Assembly (NCBI RefSeq): GCF_001194135.2 | Contig: NC_069003.1 | Location: 15,679,019 to 15,712,837 of the forward strand | Reading direction: 5' to 3' | Length of the DNA stretch: 33,819 nt | From: Octopus bimaculoides | Lineage: Eukaryota | In this document: positions 22,913 through 33,819 of the stretch, one piece after another | How the letters are laid out: the number at the start of each line of letters is the position of its first letter | Position numbering within the stretch: position 1 is the stretch's first letter | Made by a program: the position numbers and the translations under genes | The notes under the pieces: model-generated | What the model saw: only the letters and a program-made list of their open reading frames with translations | Database searches by the model: none | Told to the model about the DNA's origin: nothing

Positions 22913-23205
22913 CACACATACACACACGCCCAACACTCACTCACATTTCATCACACCAAACACGCACCTGGCACACATCCAAAATTCAGCCAACTATATA
23001 CATATGTTCATATAATTGGATGGTTATTGATTCTTAAGAGTTTTTCAGCCCTTTTACAGGTGTTGTTTTAGTCGTATAGGGTGTCCAATACACATCCTCC
23101 ACACCCAGTGGAATTAGTGGGGGAGCCGAATTAATCGCCGACGACCCGACCATGCGGCAGGTAGTACTGGGTTACATGGCACCAGTAGCGTAAACGACCT
23201 GACAA

Positions 23206-23207
<2 letters not shown>

Positions 23208-23273
<66 letters not shown>

Positions 23274-23284
23274 TAATAATAATG

Positions 23285-23383
<99 letters not shown>
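23208..23383. repeat. (TAA)n array, about 58 units
   Basis: Direct reading; two ATG variant units near 23270-23284. Confidence 0.97.
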
Positions 23384-24456
23384 GTTTCAATATCATTAAC
23401 TGGTCAATTACTGAAATATGTAATCTTGAAAAATACGAAAACTGTTGACAATGCATAGAATGCACCACCCAAAAGCAGATATAGAACGACTTTATCTGCC
23501 AGGAAAAGAGGGAGGCCGTGGACTTCTACAACTGGTCGAGTGAATAATGCCGATGTTGACAAAGCCTTTACCCATCAATGGCTAATGGCCTCTGTCTTAA
23601 AATCTGAAGCAGAAGGGTTTATCATAGCAGCCCAAGATCAATGCCTACCTACAAGGAACTACCAGGCCAACATATTAAAGAACGTCAGATTCCCAACATG
23701 TCGAGTATGTCAACAACAAAATGAAACCACTGATCGTGTTGTCTCCAAGTGCAATCTTCTTGCGCCTACAGAGTAACTCAACAGGCATGATAGAGCTGCA
23801 CAATATATTTACTGGGTAATTTGCAAAGAGTTGGACTTGCCCCATGATAAAAACTGGTAGGAACACAAACCATCTCTAGTGCTTGAAAATGATCACATCT
23901 CACTTCTCTGGGACTTCACCATTCAAACTGACAGAGAGACAGATGCAAATAGGCCAGACATTATGTTGAAAGACTTCAGACAAAAATCATGCCTCCTCAT
24001 TGATATGAATGTCCCAATCGATATAAACGTATCTCTCAAGACTTACCGAAAACTGAGCAAGTATAAAGATCTTCAAATAGAAATTAGCAGCATGTAGAAC
24101 CTGAGGACTAAAACAATACCTGTTGTCATAGGTGCCCTGGGAATGATTGCAAAAGGGGCTGATTGCTACCTCACTCAGATACCAGGAAACCCTAAAATGG
24201 CAGAAATTCAAAAGATAGGGCTCATGGAACTGCCCATATCCTATGCAAATTCTTTGTATGTAATCTCAAGTTTTAAAACAAACACATAATTTTCTTATGG
24301 TTTCTTAAACATTCTCTAGAACCACACTATGTACAAGTCCAAATATATGGCACCCTAGGCATAACACTAACATGAACTTCTAACTTGTCTTTTGAGGTCT
24401 CTGGGTGAGATTTGGAGCAAACATGTACAAATGTAAAGCAAAAGTCAAACATAAAA
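23384..24456 (+). mobile_element. R4/Dong-clade non-LTR retrotransposon (RLE type), 5'-truncated and decayed, 3' UTR intact
   Basis: With frameshifts and stops it reads SFNIINWSITEICNL...LTMHRMHHPKADIERLYLP.KEGGRGLLQL, then LKSEAEGFIIAAQDQCLPTRNY and the zinc knuckle CRVC...ETTD(R)VVSKC. This continues LNRHD, WDFTIQTD, the RLE motif RPDI...CLLIDMNVP.D...KLSKYKDL, and IPVVIGALG. (TAA)n lies directly on both sides. Confidence 0.92.
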
Positions 24457-24458
24457 TG

Positions 24459-24516
<58 letters not shown>

Positions 24517-24533
24517 TGATGATGATGATGATG

Positions 24534-24592
<59 letters not shown>
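24457..24592. repeat. (TAA)n/(TGA)n array running into an assembly gap
   Basis: Direct reading. Confidence 0.95.
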
Positions 24593-25142
24593 NNNNNNNN
24601 NNNNNNNNNNNNNNNNNNNNNNNNNNNNNNNNNNNNNNNNNNNNNNNNNNNNNNNNNNNNNNNNNNNNNNNNNNNNNNNNNNNNNNNNNNNNNNNNNNNN
24701 NNNNNNNNNNNNNNNNNNNNNNNNNNNNNNNNNNNNNNNNNNNNNNNNNNNNNNNNNNNNNNNNNNNNNNNNNNNNNNNNNNNNNNNNNNNNNNNNNNNN
24801 NNNNNNNNNNNNNNNNNNNNNNNNNNNNNNNNNNNNNNNNNNNNNNNNNNNNNNNNNNNNNNNNNNNNNNNNNNNNNNNNNNNNNNNNNNNNNNNNNNNN
24901 NNNNNNNNNNNNNNNNNNNNNNNNNNNNNNNNNNNNNNNNNNNNNNNNNNNNNNNNNNNNNNNNNNNNNNNNNNNNNNNNNNNNNNNNNNNNNNNNNNNN
25001 NNNNNNNNNNNNNNNNNNNNNNNNNNNNNNNNNNNNNNNNNNNNNNNNNNNNNNNNNNNNNNNNNNNNNNNNNNNNNNNNNNNNNNNNNNNNNNNNNNNN
25101 NNNNNNNNNNNNNNNNNNNNNNNNNNNNNNNNNNNNNNNNNN

Positions 25143-25513
25143 AATTGATGTATCAATACCAGCAGATGACAACGTCTCTCTAAAAGAAATGGAAAAACTT
25201 TCAAAATACAAAGACCTGGAAATAGAGGTGACTCGAATGTGGAATCTAAAAACAAAAACAATTCCTATTATAGTAGGTGCCTTAGGTATAATAAAAAAAA
25301 TATTCAGACAAATACATAACAAAACACCAGGACTTACAAATATATATAACATACAGAAAATTGCACTACTGGGCACAGCACACATCCTACGCAAGACACT
25401 TTCAATACAGTAACCATAAGAGCACCACAGCAAACCACAGCACATACCCAAGGCGCACAAAGCTGCGCTCGCTAGTGAAGTGAAAGCACGTTATAAAAAT
25501 AAAACTACTGAAC
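25143..25513 (+). mobile_element. second R4/Dong-clade element of a different subfamily: RLE C-terminus and 3' UTR
   Basis: IDVSIPADDNVSLKEMEKLSKYKDLEIEVTRMWNLKTKTIPIIVGALG...IQKIALLGTAHILRKTLSIQ*. The 3' UTR is unlike that of 23384-24456 and ends in (TAA)3 at 25516-25524. The 5' part is hidden in the gap. Confidence 0.9.
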
Positions 25514-25540
25514 AATAATAATAATATATGTATATGGTTG

Positions 25541-25748
25541 CGTGTCTGTGTTTGTCACCCCACTATCGCTTGACAACCGACGTTGATATGTTTACATACC
25601 CGTAAATTAACGGTTCGGCAAAAGAGACCGATAGTATAAGTACTAGGCTTACAAAGAGTAAGTCCTGGGGTTGATTTGATACGACTAAAGGCAGTGCTCC
25701 AGCATAGCCACAGTGTCAGATGACTGAAACAAATAAAAGAATATAAAT
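25541..25748 (+). mobile_element. SINE family A, 3' half
   Basis: gtgtctgtgtttgtc...cgcttgacaaccg...cggttcggcaaaagagaccgatag.ataagtactaggcttacaaag...gctccagcatagccacag...gactgaaacaaataaaag. Confidence 0.85.
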
Positions 25749-27356
25749 AATGAATATCTTTAATATCAACTAATGATATTTTGAAAGTATTTAATACGTA
25801 CGTTTCAGATCATTAGGTAATATATAATAGGAAATTGATCCCTTACAGAAGACCTTCAGTTAATACGAACACTTTTTCCGCTGATTTGGAGTAGTTTGTT
25901 CTATTTGACTCGAGACGAAAACACCGGTATCGTGCATCGCTTCTACGAATAACATATGTGTGTGTGTATAATATACATTCATATTTATGTGTGTGTGTGT
26001 GTGTGTGTGTGTACGCGCGCGCGCGTATGTATGCATATTAAATTTTATATCACTTTTGATTGCATCGTTATTCCTTTTCCATTTCTAACAAAACTGTCCG
26101 ATGAACGGGAACGTGAAACTCAGAGTAACAGTCTTTTGTTATATTTCTGCTGCTTTTAAATAAAGCATATTACTCTACCTCTGGTAATTGAGTACTCTTT
26201 TTTCCACCTTGTTGCACATTTCATGTGCTTACTCCGGTATATATATATATATATATATATATNNNNNNNNNNNNNNNNNNNNNNNNNNNNNNNNNNNNNN
26301 NNNNNNNNNNNNNNNNNNNNNNNNNNNNNNNNNNNNNNNNNNNNNNNNNNNNNNNNNNNNNNNNNNNNNNNNNNNNNNNNNNNNNNNNNNNNNNNNNNNN
26401 NNNNNNNNNNNNNNNNNNNNNNNNNNNNNNNNNNNNNNNNNNNNNNNNNNNNNNNNNNNNNNNNNNNNNNNNNNNNNNNNNNNNNNNNNNNNNNNNNNNN
26501 NNNATATATATATATATATATATATAAGCATATACATATGTCTGCATGTATGTATACATATATTGATATCATAAAGTTTATAAATTTTCGAGGGAACATG
26601 GACTAATTCTTTTCCTTTGGAACTATGAATCTCGAAGCGTTTAAACGTATATATAATAGCATGTAGTGTAGAGAAGACGTACATTCGACTCTCATATGCA
26701 GCCTTCGAGTTTTTGTATTCAAAACGGTTTTGCCAACTTAAATTTTACATGCTATCATTTCTAGCTTTATGTTATTCAAAATCCACTGTTCCCAAAAGGA
26801 ATTATTTATATATGTGTGTATGTGTGTGTGTGCCCCCACGTGTATAAAGAAAGACAGACAGATAGATTGATAAATAGATATACACATTCACATATGTATG
26901 TATGTATGCATGCCTGTATGTATGTATGTATGTATGTAAGCATGAATGCATGTACAAGCAAGCGCCTAAAACAAAGACTTTACAATGTAGTAGAGTGAGG
27001 AATGGCGTCTGTTGACAGTTATTTCCTTTCATATAAAACAATGCGTTATCAAAATGGAATCATCGAAACAATTGTTATCGTGACACTCTTTCCAACTTCA
27101 GTGCGATAGGCACAATGAAGAATGCCTCCAAGATCATCTAGATTGTCTGAAAAATGTTTTGGAACCAAAGTACTCGGTTGTTACCAAATGGTTGTAGGGT
27201 AGCTGCTATAGTTTTACCAAGTTCTTCACGAGAATCTGTAGCTATCTGATGCAAACTTACAGGAAATTTATTTTTATGGTTTCAGGCAAAGCAGTTGATA
27301 GTTTGGTTCGAAAGTATTGAAGGGGAAATATGTATGGTGTATATATGTGTATGTGC

Positions 27357-27500
<144 letters not shown>

Positions 27501-27539
27501 GCGCGAGAGAGAGATGGGAAGTAGACAGGGAGAGAATGG

Positions 27540-27744
27540 TGGTGTAGAAGTCGATACTGATGTTAGTAGTGGTGTTGGTGCTGTTGATGGTGATGATGTT
27601 GGCGGTCGTTTTGTCGGTGGTTGTCATGGTGATCAAGGTGCTGGTCTTGGCGGTGGTAGTAGTGATGGTACTGATGGTGGTGGGAGTAGCTGGGGCGAGG
27701 AAATATGAATATGATGAGACAGTGATAGTGGCCGTGATGATAAA

Positions 27745-27792
<48 letters not shown>

Positions 27793-27821
27793 GATGATGA
27801 TGATAATGATGATGATGATGT

Positions 27822-27876
<55 letters not shown>

Positions 27877-27878
27877 AA
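27540..27878. repeat. degenerate (GGT/GAT)n grading into long (GAT)n
   Basis: Direct reading. Confidence 0.9.
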
Positions 27879-28049
27879 CATTATGCAGTAAAAGCATTTT
27901 CATTATTATCACACTCACACACATACACACACACATTCTTTGTTTTGTCCTGTAGTACTGTCCATAATGTTTTTCTTAATGTAAACCCTTGTGATTAATA
28001 AAGAAATCATTATTATGACAATACGCAAAATAATTGTCTGTACTATGAC

Positions 28050-28068
28050 AATAATAATAACAATAATG

Positions 28069-28159
<91 letters not shown>

Positions 28160-28164
28160 TAATA

Positions 28165-28196
<32 letters not shown>

Positions 28197-28198
28197 AA
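28050..28198. repeat. (TAA)n-(TGA)n array with no LINE attached
   Basis: Direct reading. Confidence 0.95.
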
Positions 28199-28390
28199 TT
28201 TGCAATATGAGCAAAAATGTATTTCCGGACAGATTTTTATTCAGATATTCAATATGTTTAAATCCATTGTGGAATTGCATGTGTGCATGCGATTTTCGTC
28301 CGGAATTATCCCTTTATAGACACATTGTCTTAAAATTACAGTATACTTCAGACGTACAGTATTTCGCAGTCGTTGCGGCTTATCAATGTG

Positions 28391-28450
<60 letters not shown>

Positions 28451-28504
28451 TATATATATCTGTAAATGTGTGTGTGTATGTGCATGTGCGTCTGTGTGTG
28501 TGAA

Positions 28505-28784
28505 GGCGAGTGGCTTCGTGGTTAGGACATTCGGCTCACGATCGCAAGGTCATGAGTTCAATTCCAGGCGACGCATTGTGTCCTTCAGCAAGACACTTTA
28601 TTTTACCTTGCTCCAGTCCACTCAGCTGGCAAAAGTGAGTAGTACCTGTATTTCAAAGGGCCAGCCTTGTCACACTTTGTCGCACTGAATCTCCCTGAGA
28701 ACTACATTAAGGGTACACGTGTCTGTGGAGTGCTTAGCCAATTGCACGTTAATTTCACGAGCAAGCTGTTCCGTTGATCATATC

Positions 28785-28785
<1 letters not shown>
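28505..28785 (+). mobile_element. tRNA-derived SINE family D with CORE/V-like central block
   Basis: A-box TGGCTTCGTGG (28511) and B-box GAGTTCAATTCC (28554), then TTGTGTCCTTCAGCAAGACACTT...TTGCTCCAGTCCACTCAGCTG, which is also present inverted at 31003-31024. Confidence 0.8.
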
Positions 28786-28829
<44 letters not shown>

Positions 28830-28878
28830 TATACATATATATATGCAAACGCACACACACACACGCACATATATAAAC

Positions 28879-29103
28879 CAGTGGTGCTCGGAGGTTCATA
28901 TATGATTTGTGGATGTCCACGCAAGCAAAATAGTAAAATAGAGCCCCACAGTTCAACCTACACAAGTTAATAAGCAAAATAGGAACTTTAAAAGAATATC
29001 CATAAAACTTGTTTTTAAAACATCGAATGATTATGAGGTTCCACCAGAGTAAAACAGTTATCAAAGGGGTCCACAGATAAAAAAAAATGGGTGAGAACTA
29101 CTT
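28879..29103. mobile_element. probable hAT-type MITE, about 225 bp
   Basis: The ends CAGTGGTGCTC and GAGAACTACTT form an imperfect inverted pair (8/11) resembling CAGTGGTTCTC...GAGAACCACTG hAT termini. No 8-bp TSD is recognisable. Confidence 0.45.
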
Positions 29104-29547
29104 TATATTTTGAAAAAAAAAATGGAGGTCAATGCATCAAAAGAAGGACAAAAAAAAAACAGATGTAGTGTTTAATTTAGATCTATAGGTCACTCTACCT
29201 TACATTTCATTCGGTTTCGCTTATCATGTGCTTGTCAACGGAAAATATGAAGAATTGCTACAGTAAATAAAATATATAGAAAGAGGTAAAATTGTTGTAT
29301 GTGGATGGGAAATTAGGGTATCGAGTAATAATACAAGCAGTGTTCAGTAACGAATTTACGTGAAAGGCTATGGATTTTTAAGTAATAATCAGAAACTTAA
29401 GTGACAATAGATATTCAATTTTTTTGAGCGCTACATATATCAACATCCGAAACGCCCGTCGTTGTATGTAAGTGTTTCTTATGTTGTGATTCATAAAAAT
29501 AATTTGCCAACTGTTCAAGCGCGACTCATATTTCGCAATAAATTGTC

Positions 29548-29587
<40 letters not shown>

Positions 29588-30377
29588 CAGAGAGAGAGAG
29601 AGAGAAAGGCTCTTTCGTTACTATGTCATTCGCCACTGAGTGGACAGTTCTTTATTTTTGAAATTACAGTCAAGTTTCTTGATATTGCTTTCGTTAGATC
29701 TTTTCTGTTATTTTTCGTTATTTTGTTTATAATATAATCAACAATCTCTGTGCATGTATAGCTAACTTTGACAGTATTGTGTTATTGATTTTTTTATAGT
29801 ATTTATGGCTGTCTGAAAAACTCACTCTTTCTCTGATTGACGATATATTTCATTAACGATACGCTAATATTCAATATGTTTCAGTTTTACCTGTTTGATT
29901 TATGCTTATTTAGCAACGGTCTTTGATAGTAAAGTCAGGCCAGAAAGTGATTCGTCGCGAAAATAAAACAGAACTAGTCTATGATACTTGATCTGGAAAA
30001 TATCAGGTAAAAGATTGAGCGACAGTTCTTTGTTGATAGGCAAATAATTAGAGTAGATTGCTTCGTATGCTTTTGTTTAACGCTCTGACGTTCTAAGAGC
30101 TTTAAACGTAAACAGGAGACGATTTAATACGGTACAGTGGTAGGTATTCACAGAAGTAAGTGACACATTTACTGTCTAGTCAGGAGAAAAACAGCAGTGC
30201 CTATGACCCCTTTCATGGCTCTTAAGACTGGTGGGACGGATGGAGAGAACTAGGAAGGTATCCTAAATAAAATCAGGAACCTTCTCCTAAAGGCTACGAC
30301 AGGCTATACTCCGCTGGAGGCACTCGAATTGTCAAGTTGGGATGTTAAAGCAAGAAGAGGAATAAGTGTAATGCCCA

Positions 30378-30607
30378 AATAGGTCAATGTGGGATTTGAA
30401 CTCAGAAAGCAAAGATCGCAGCAAACACCACAATATGTCTGACGGTCAAACGTTTTCTCTGACCCACCGTGCTAAATTTGTATTATTGATCCTGGAAAGA
30501 TGAAAAAGAAAGTTAACCTCGGCCTGATTTGAACTTACGCAAAATACGGAAATATGTATTGCAATGCATTTTATCTGATGCTTTAATTACTCTACCAATT
30601 TACTGCC
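30378..30607 (-). mobile_element. two adjacent decayed SINE family B heads
   Basis: B-box reverse complements GGGATTTGAACTCAG (30391) and GATTTGAACTT (30526), the latter preceded by GATCCTGGAAAGATGAAAAAGAAAGTTAACCTCGGC. Confidence 0.55.
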
Positions 30608-30689
30608 TTCATTATTTCGTAGATAGCAGCCTTAATCTATTTATTTCTTTATTACCCACAGGGGACAGCCTTAATTTATTGCAAATAGC

Positions 30690-30830
30690 ATCCCCTCGCT
30701 GGTGTTTATGTCATCATGGTACCTAGTTGAATGAGACAGCGAGAGAATCTTTACATAGTCGCTTGAGTTTATAGAAACAGGAAAGGAATCTTCCAGATAT
30801 TACACTAGTCCTTCCTTGAAAACTCAGAGG
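30690..30830 (+). mobile_element. SINE-like family C, middle part; probably continues at 31140-31236
   Basis: tttacatagtcgcttgagtttatagaaacag resembles 8710-8740. The join to the 3' part rests on my recollection of the family order. Confidence 0.35.
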
Positions 30831-30848
30831 GCCATCGGACAACAAAAT

Positions 30849-30903
30849 ATGCTCCAGCATGGTCGCAGTCTAATGACTGAAACAAGTAAAAAATAAAAGA
30901 TAA
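30849..30903 (+). mobile_element. SINE family A, 3' terminal fragment
   Basis: gctccagcatggtcgcagtctaatgactgaaacaagtaaaaaataaaaga. Confidence 0.75.
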
Positions 30904-30959
30904 ATGCCAATCTCTGGACATCAGCGTCTTGAGTTCGAGGAATCATGGCTCCGGTTGCT

Positions 30960-31133
30960 CGATTCACATGGCTTTTAAGTGTCCCGCAGGGTCACTCATG
31001 TACAGCTGAGTGGACTGGAGCAACATGAAATGAAGCGCCTTTCTCCAGAACACAACGCGCTTCCGATCTGGAAATCGAACCCATGATCTTGTGATCGTGA
31101 GTGTAACACCCTAACCACTAGGTCACGCCCCTT
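30960..31133 (-). mobile_element. SINE family D (CORE/V-like), 5' part
   Basis: The reverse complement has A-box TGACCTAGTGG, B-box GGTTCGATTTCC and TTGCTCCAGTCCACTCAGCTG, as at 28505-28785. Confidence 0.8.
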
Positions 31134-31139
31134 CTCTAA

Positions 31140-31236
31140 CATCGGATAGCGAAGTCCTAAACACTCGTTGAGGGAGATAGAATGGTCACATGCGGAGAGA
31201 GACGGAATGGTCCTGTTTGGAAAATACTTGGTCATA
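31140..31236 (+). mobile_element. SINE-like family C, 3' part
   Basis: 31199-31236 aligns without gaps to 500-537. Confidence 0.5.
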
Positions 31237-31239
31237 CAC

Positions 31240-31622
31240 GCGAAGGTGGTTAAGAAACTTGCTTCCCAGCAACATGGTCCTGGATTCAGTCCCATTGTGT
31301 GGTACCCTGGGCAAGTGTTTTCTACTATAGCTTTAGGCCGACCAAAACCCTGTGAGTGGATTTGGGTGATGGTAACTGTGGAAGACCGCCAAGTATATGT
31401 GAGTGAGTGCGCGCGTGCGTGTATGTGTCAGCACAATCACCTTCGCCACCGCTTGACAGCTGTTAGCGGTCTACTTATATCTCTGTAAAGTAGCGGTTCG
31501 GCACAAATGACCGATAGAATAAGTACGAGGCTTACAAAGAATCAGTCCTGAGGTCGATTTGTTAAACTGAAGGCGGTGTTCCAGCATAGCCACAGGCAAA
31601 TGGCTGAAACAAATAAAAGTAT
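31240..31622 (+). mobile_element. SINE family A, near full length
   Basis: Collinear with 9583-10105: gtggttaagaaacttgcttccc, ggattcagtccc, ctgggcaagtg, tgtgagtggattt, short GT tract, gaccgatagaataagtac, ccagcatagccacag, ggctgaaacaaataaaag. Confidence 0.85.
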
Positions 31623-32068
31623 AACAGAATATATATAGAGAGAGAGATATACAAACGTACAACTAAACAGCCATACGTCGACGCATACATATATAGAAAT
31701 ACGTCACACGTACACATAAACTACCATATTTACACATAGAGCATGCACAGTTTCACTTGCACATTCTATTTCCCCATATTCCTCTTCTCCCGTCATAATG
31801 TCTTCTAATATGGCGACTAAATAAAGAATGTGCCGTGACCGAGTGTCCTAAGAAGGAACCTTTTACCGGAATAAAACAAGCGATTGTGTTATACAGATAA
31901 AACCTCTTACTGATCACAATTGAAAATTTCATTGATTCGCTAATGAAATCAGTATTGGTCCTTTTGTGTGTGTGCGAGCGCGCGTGTGTGAATGTGTATG
32001 TATATGTGTGTGTAAATGTGTGTATGTATTTCTTTATCGGTTTATCTATATCTCTTTCTCGCTCTCAC

Positions 32069-32158
<90 letters not shown>

Positions 32159-33487
32159 TTGTACACGTTATAGGTTATACGTTTATGCAGATATTTGTCT
32201 TTATATATACATACATATATGTGGGGGGCGTGTGTGATTGTCTGCCTGTCTGTCTGTATGTATGTATGTATGTACGAATATATGCACAACTATGTAAAAT
32301 GGAGCCATAACTCAACTCTGATGCTAATATTTCAGTTTTATCTTGCTTTTACTGTTGCATTGCAATGAGGAAGATGGAGGCAGTTGTTGATTACTGTTAT
32401 CAACAGATGAACGCGCACACCTTCTGTCTTAAACTCCCTCTCTTTCTATCCCTCTGTATACATCCATCCATCCATCCATCCATACATACATACATACATC
32501 CATCCATACATACATACATACATGCGTACATACATACATACATACATACATCCACACATATGTATATATACACACACACACTCACCCATATATATATATA
32601 TATATATACATNNNNNNNNNNNNNNNNNNNNNNNNNNNNNNNNNNNNNNNNNNNNNNNNNNNNNNNNNNNNNNNNNNNNNNNNNNNNNNNNNNNNNNNNN
32701 NNNNNNNNNNNNNNNNNNNNNNNNNNNNNNNNNNNNNNNNNNNNNNNNNNNNNNNNNNNNNNNNNNNNNNNNNNNNNNNNNNNNNNNNNNNNNNNNNNNN
32801 NNNNNNNNNNNNNNNNNNNNNNNNNNNNNNNNNNNNNNNNNNNNNNNNNNNNNNNNNNNNNNNNNNNNNNNNNNNNNNNNNNNNNNNNNNNNNNNNNNNN
32901 NNNNNNNNNNNNNNNNNNNNNNNNNNNNNNNNNNNNNNNNNNNNNNNNNNNNNNNNNNNNNNNNNNNNNNNNNNNNNNNNNNNNNNNNNNNNNNNNNNNN
33001 NNNNNNNNNNNNNNNNNNNNNNNNNNNNNNNNNNNNNNNNNNNNNNNNNNNNNNNNNNNNNNNNNNNNNNNNNNNNNNNNNNNNNNNNNNNNNNNNNNNN
33101 NNNNNNNNNNNNNNNNNNNNNNNNNNNNNNNNNNNNNNNNNNNNNNNNNNNNNNNNNNNNNNNNNNNNNNNNNNNNNNNNNNNNNNNNNNNNNNNNNNNN
33201 NNNNNNNNNNNNNNNNNNNNNNNNNNNNNNNNNNNNNNNNNNNNNNNNNNNNNNNNNNNNNNNNNNNNNNNNNNNNNNNNNNNNNNNNNNNNNNNNNNNN
33301 NNNNNNTGTACCAAATATGTACATTTATATGTGTGTATGTGTTGTGCGCGTCTGTATTGTCAACTCACCTGATCTTACTGCTGTATAATCGAAAGTAGCT
33401 AAGATATTGAACAAGGCTTGATCCAGGTACAACCGATGGCTTCTTCCTTCCCTTTTAATACACACTCACACACACGCGTGCGCGCTG

Positions 33488-33532
<45 letters not shown>

Positions 33533-33564
33533 ATTAACATAGTAAATACTTGAGATCCCAGATG

Positions 33565-33819
33565 CGTGAGATAGGGAGAATGAGAAAGACAGAGAGAGAG
33601 TGAGAAAGAGTGAGATGCAGAGAGAGAAAGAGAGAGAGAGGGAGAGAGAGAGACAAACAGACAGACAGTGGGAGATAGTATTAGATGAGGATTGATAGAT
33701 GGTGAATAAAAGTGAGACAGCGATGACGAATGAGATATGGTGAGTGAGAAAGAGGTACAGAAATAGTATGATTCAGAGAGAGAGAGGGGAGGAGAGAGAG
33801 GTGGAGGAGAGAGAGGGGG
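33565..33819. repeat. GA-rich low-complexity tract
   Basis: Direct reading. Confidence 0.85.

Noticed and set aside
23059-23160. Candidate coding exon after cccttttacAG
   Set aside because: All three frames contain stops. The block is treated as a repeat 3' end instead.

Overview
Eukaryotic, AT-rich draft-genome sequence dense in microsatellites, with 12 N-gaps (about 4.0 kb in total, most starting or ending in microsatellites). The mix of SINEs and the microsatellite load best fit an octopus/cephalopod genome (inference, not verified). No intact host gene, rRNA, true tRNA or CRISPR array is supportable, and nearly all long ORFs in the track are microsatellite or N artefacts. The recognisable content is decayed transposable elements. 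These include a mariner with TIR whose transposase is split by an internal fold-back inversion (1826-2343), and a Penelope-like RT fragment (7624-8100, minus) followed about 800 nt downstream by a decayed minimal hammerhead-ribozyme motif (6737-6820, minus). There are also two RTE LINE pieces (10243-10612 and 14050-15290, minus) and a Tc1 transposase fragment fused to the RTE at a 6-nt microhomology (13619-14055). A head-to-tail cluster of R4/Dong-like RLE retrotransposons sits in (TAA)n arrays (23.0-25.5 kb). The rest comprises a tandem C2H2 zinc-finger fragment running into a gap (17909-18113), about 18 tRNA-derived or SINE-like copies of several families including a nested cluster at 30.4-31.6 kb, a probable hAT MITE, and several tandem repeats. 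I found no evidence for a wholly new biological system. The best leads are the PLE-linked hammerhead, the TAA-targeted Dong cluster and the rearranged mariner.
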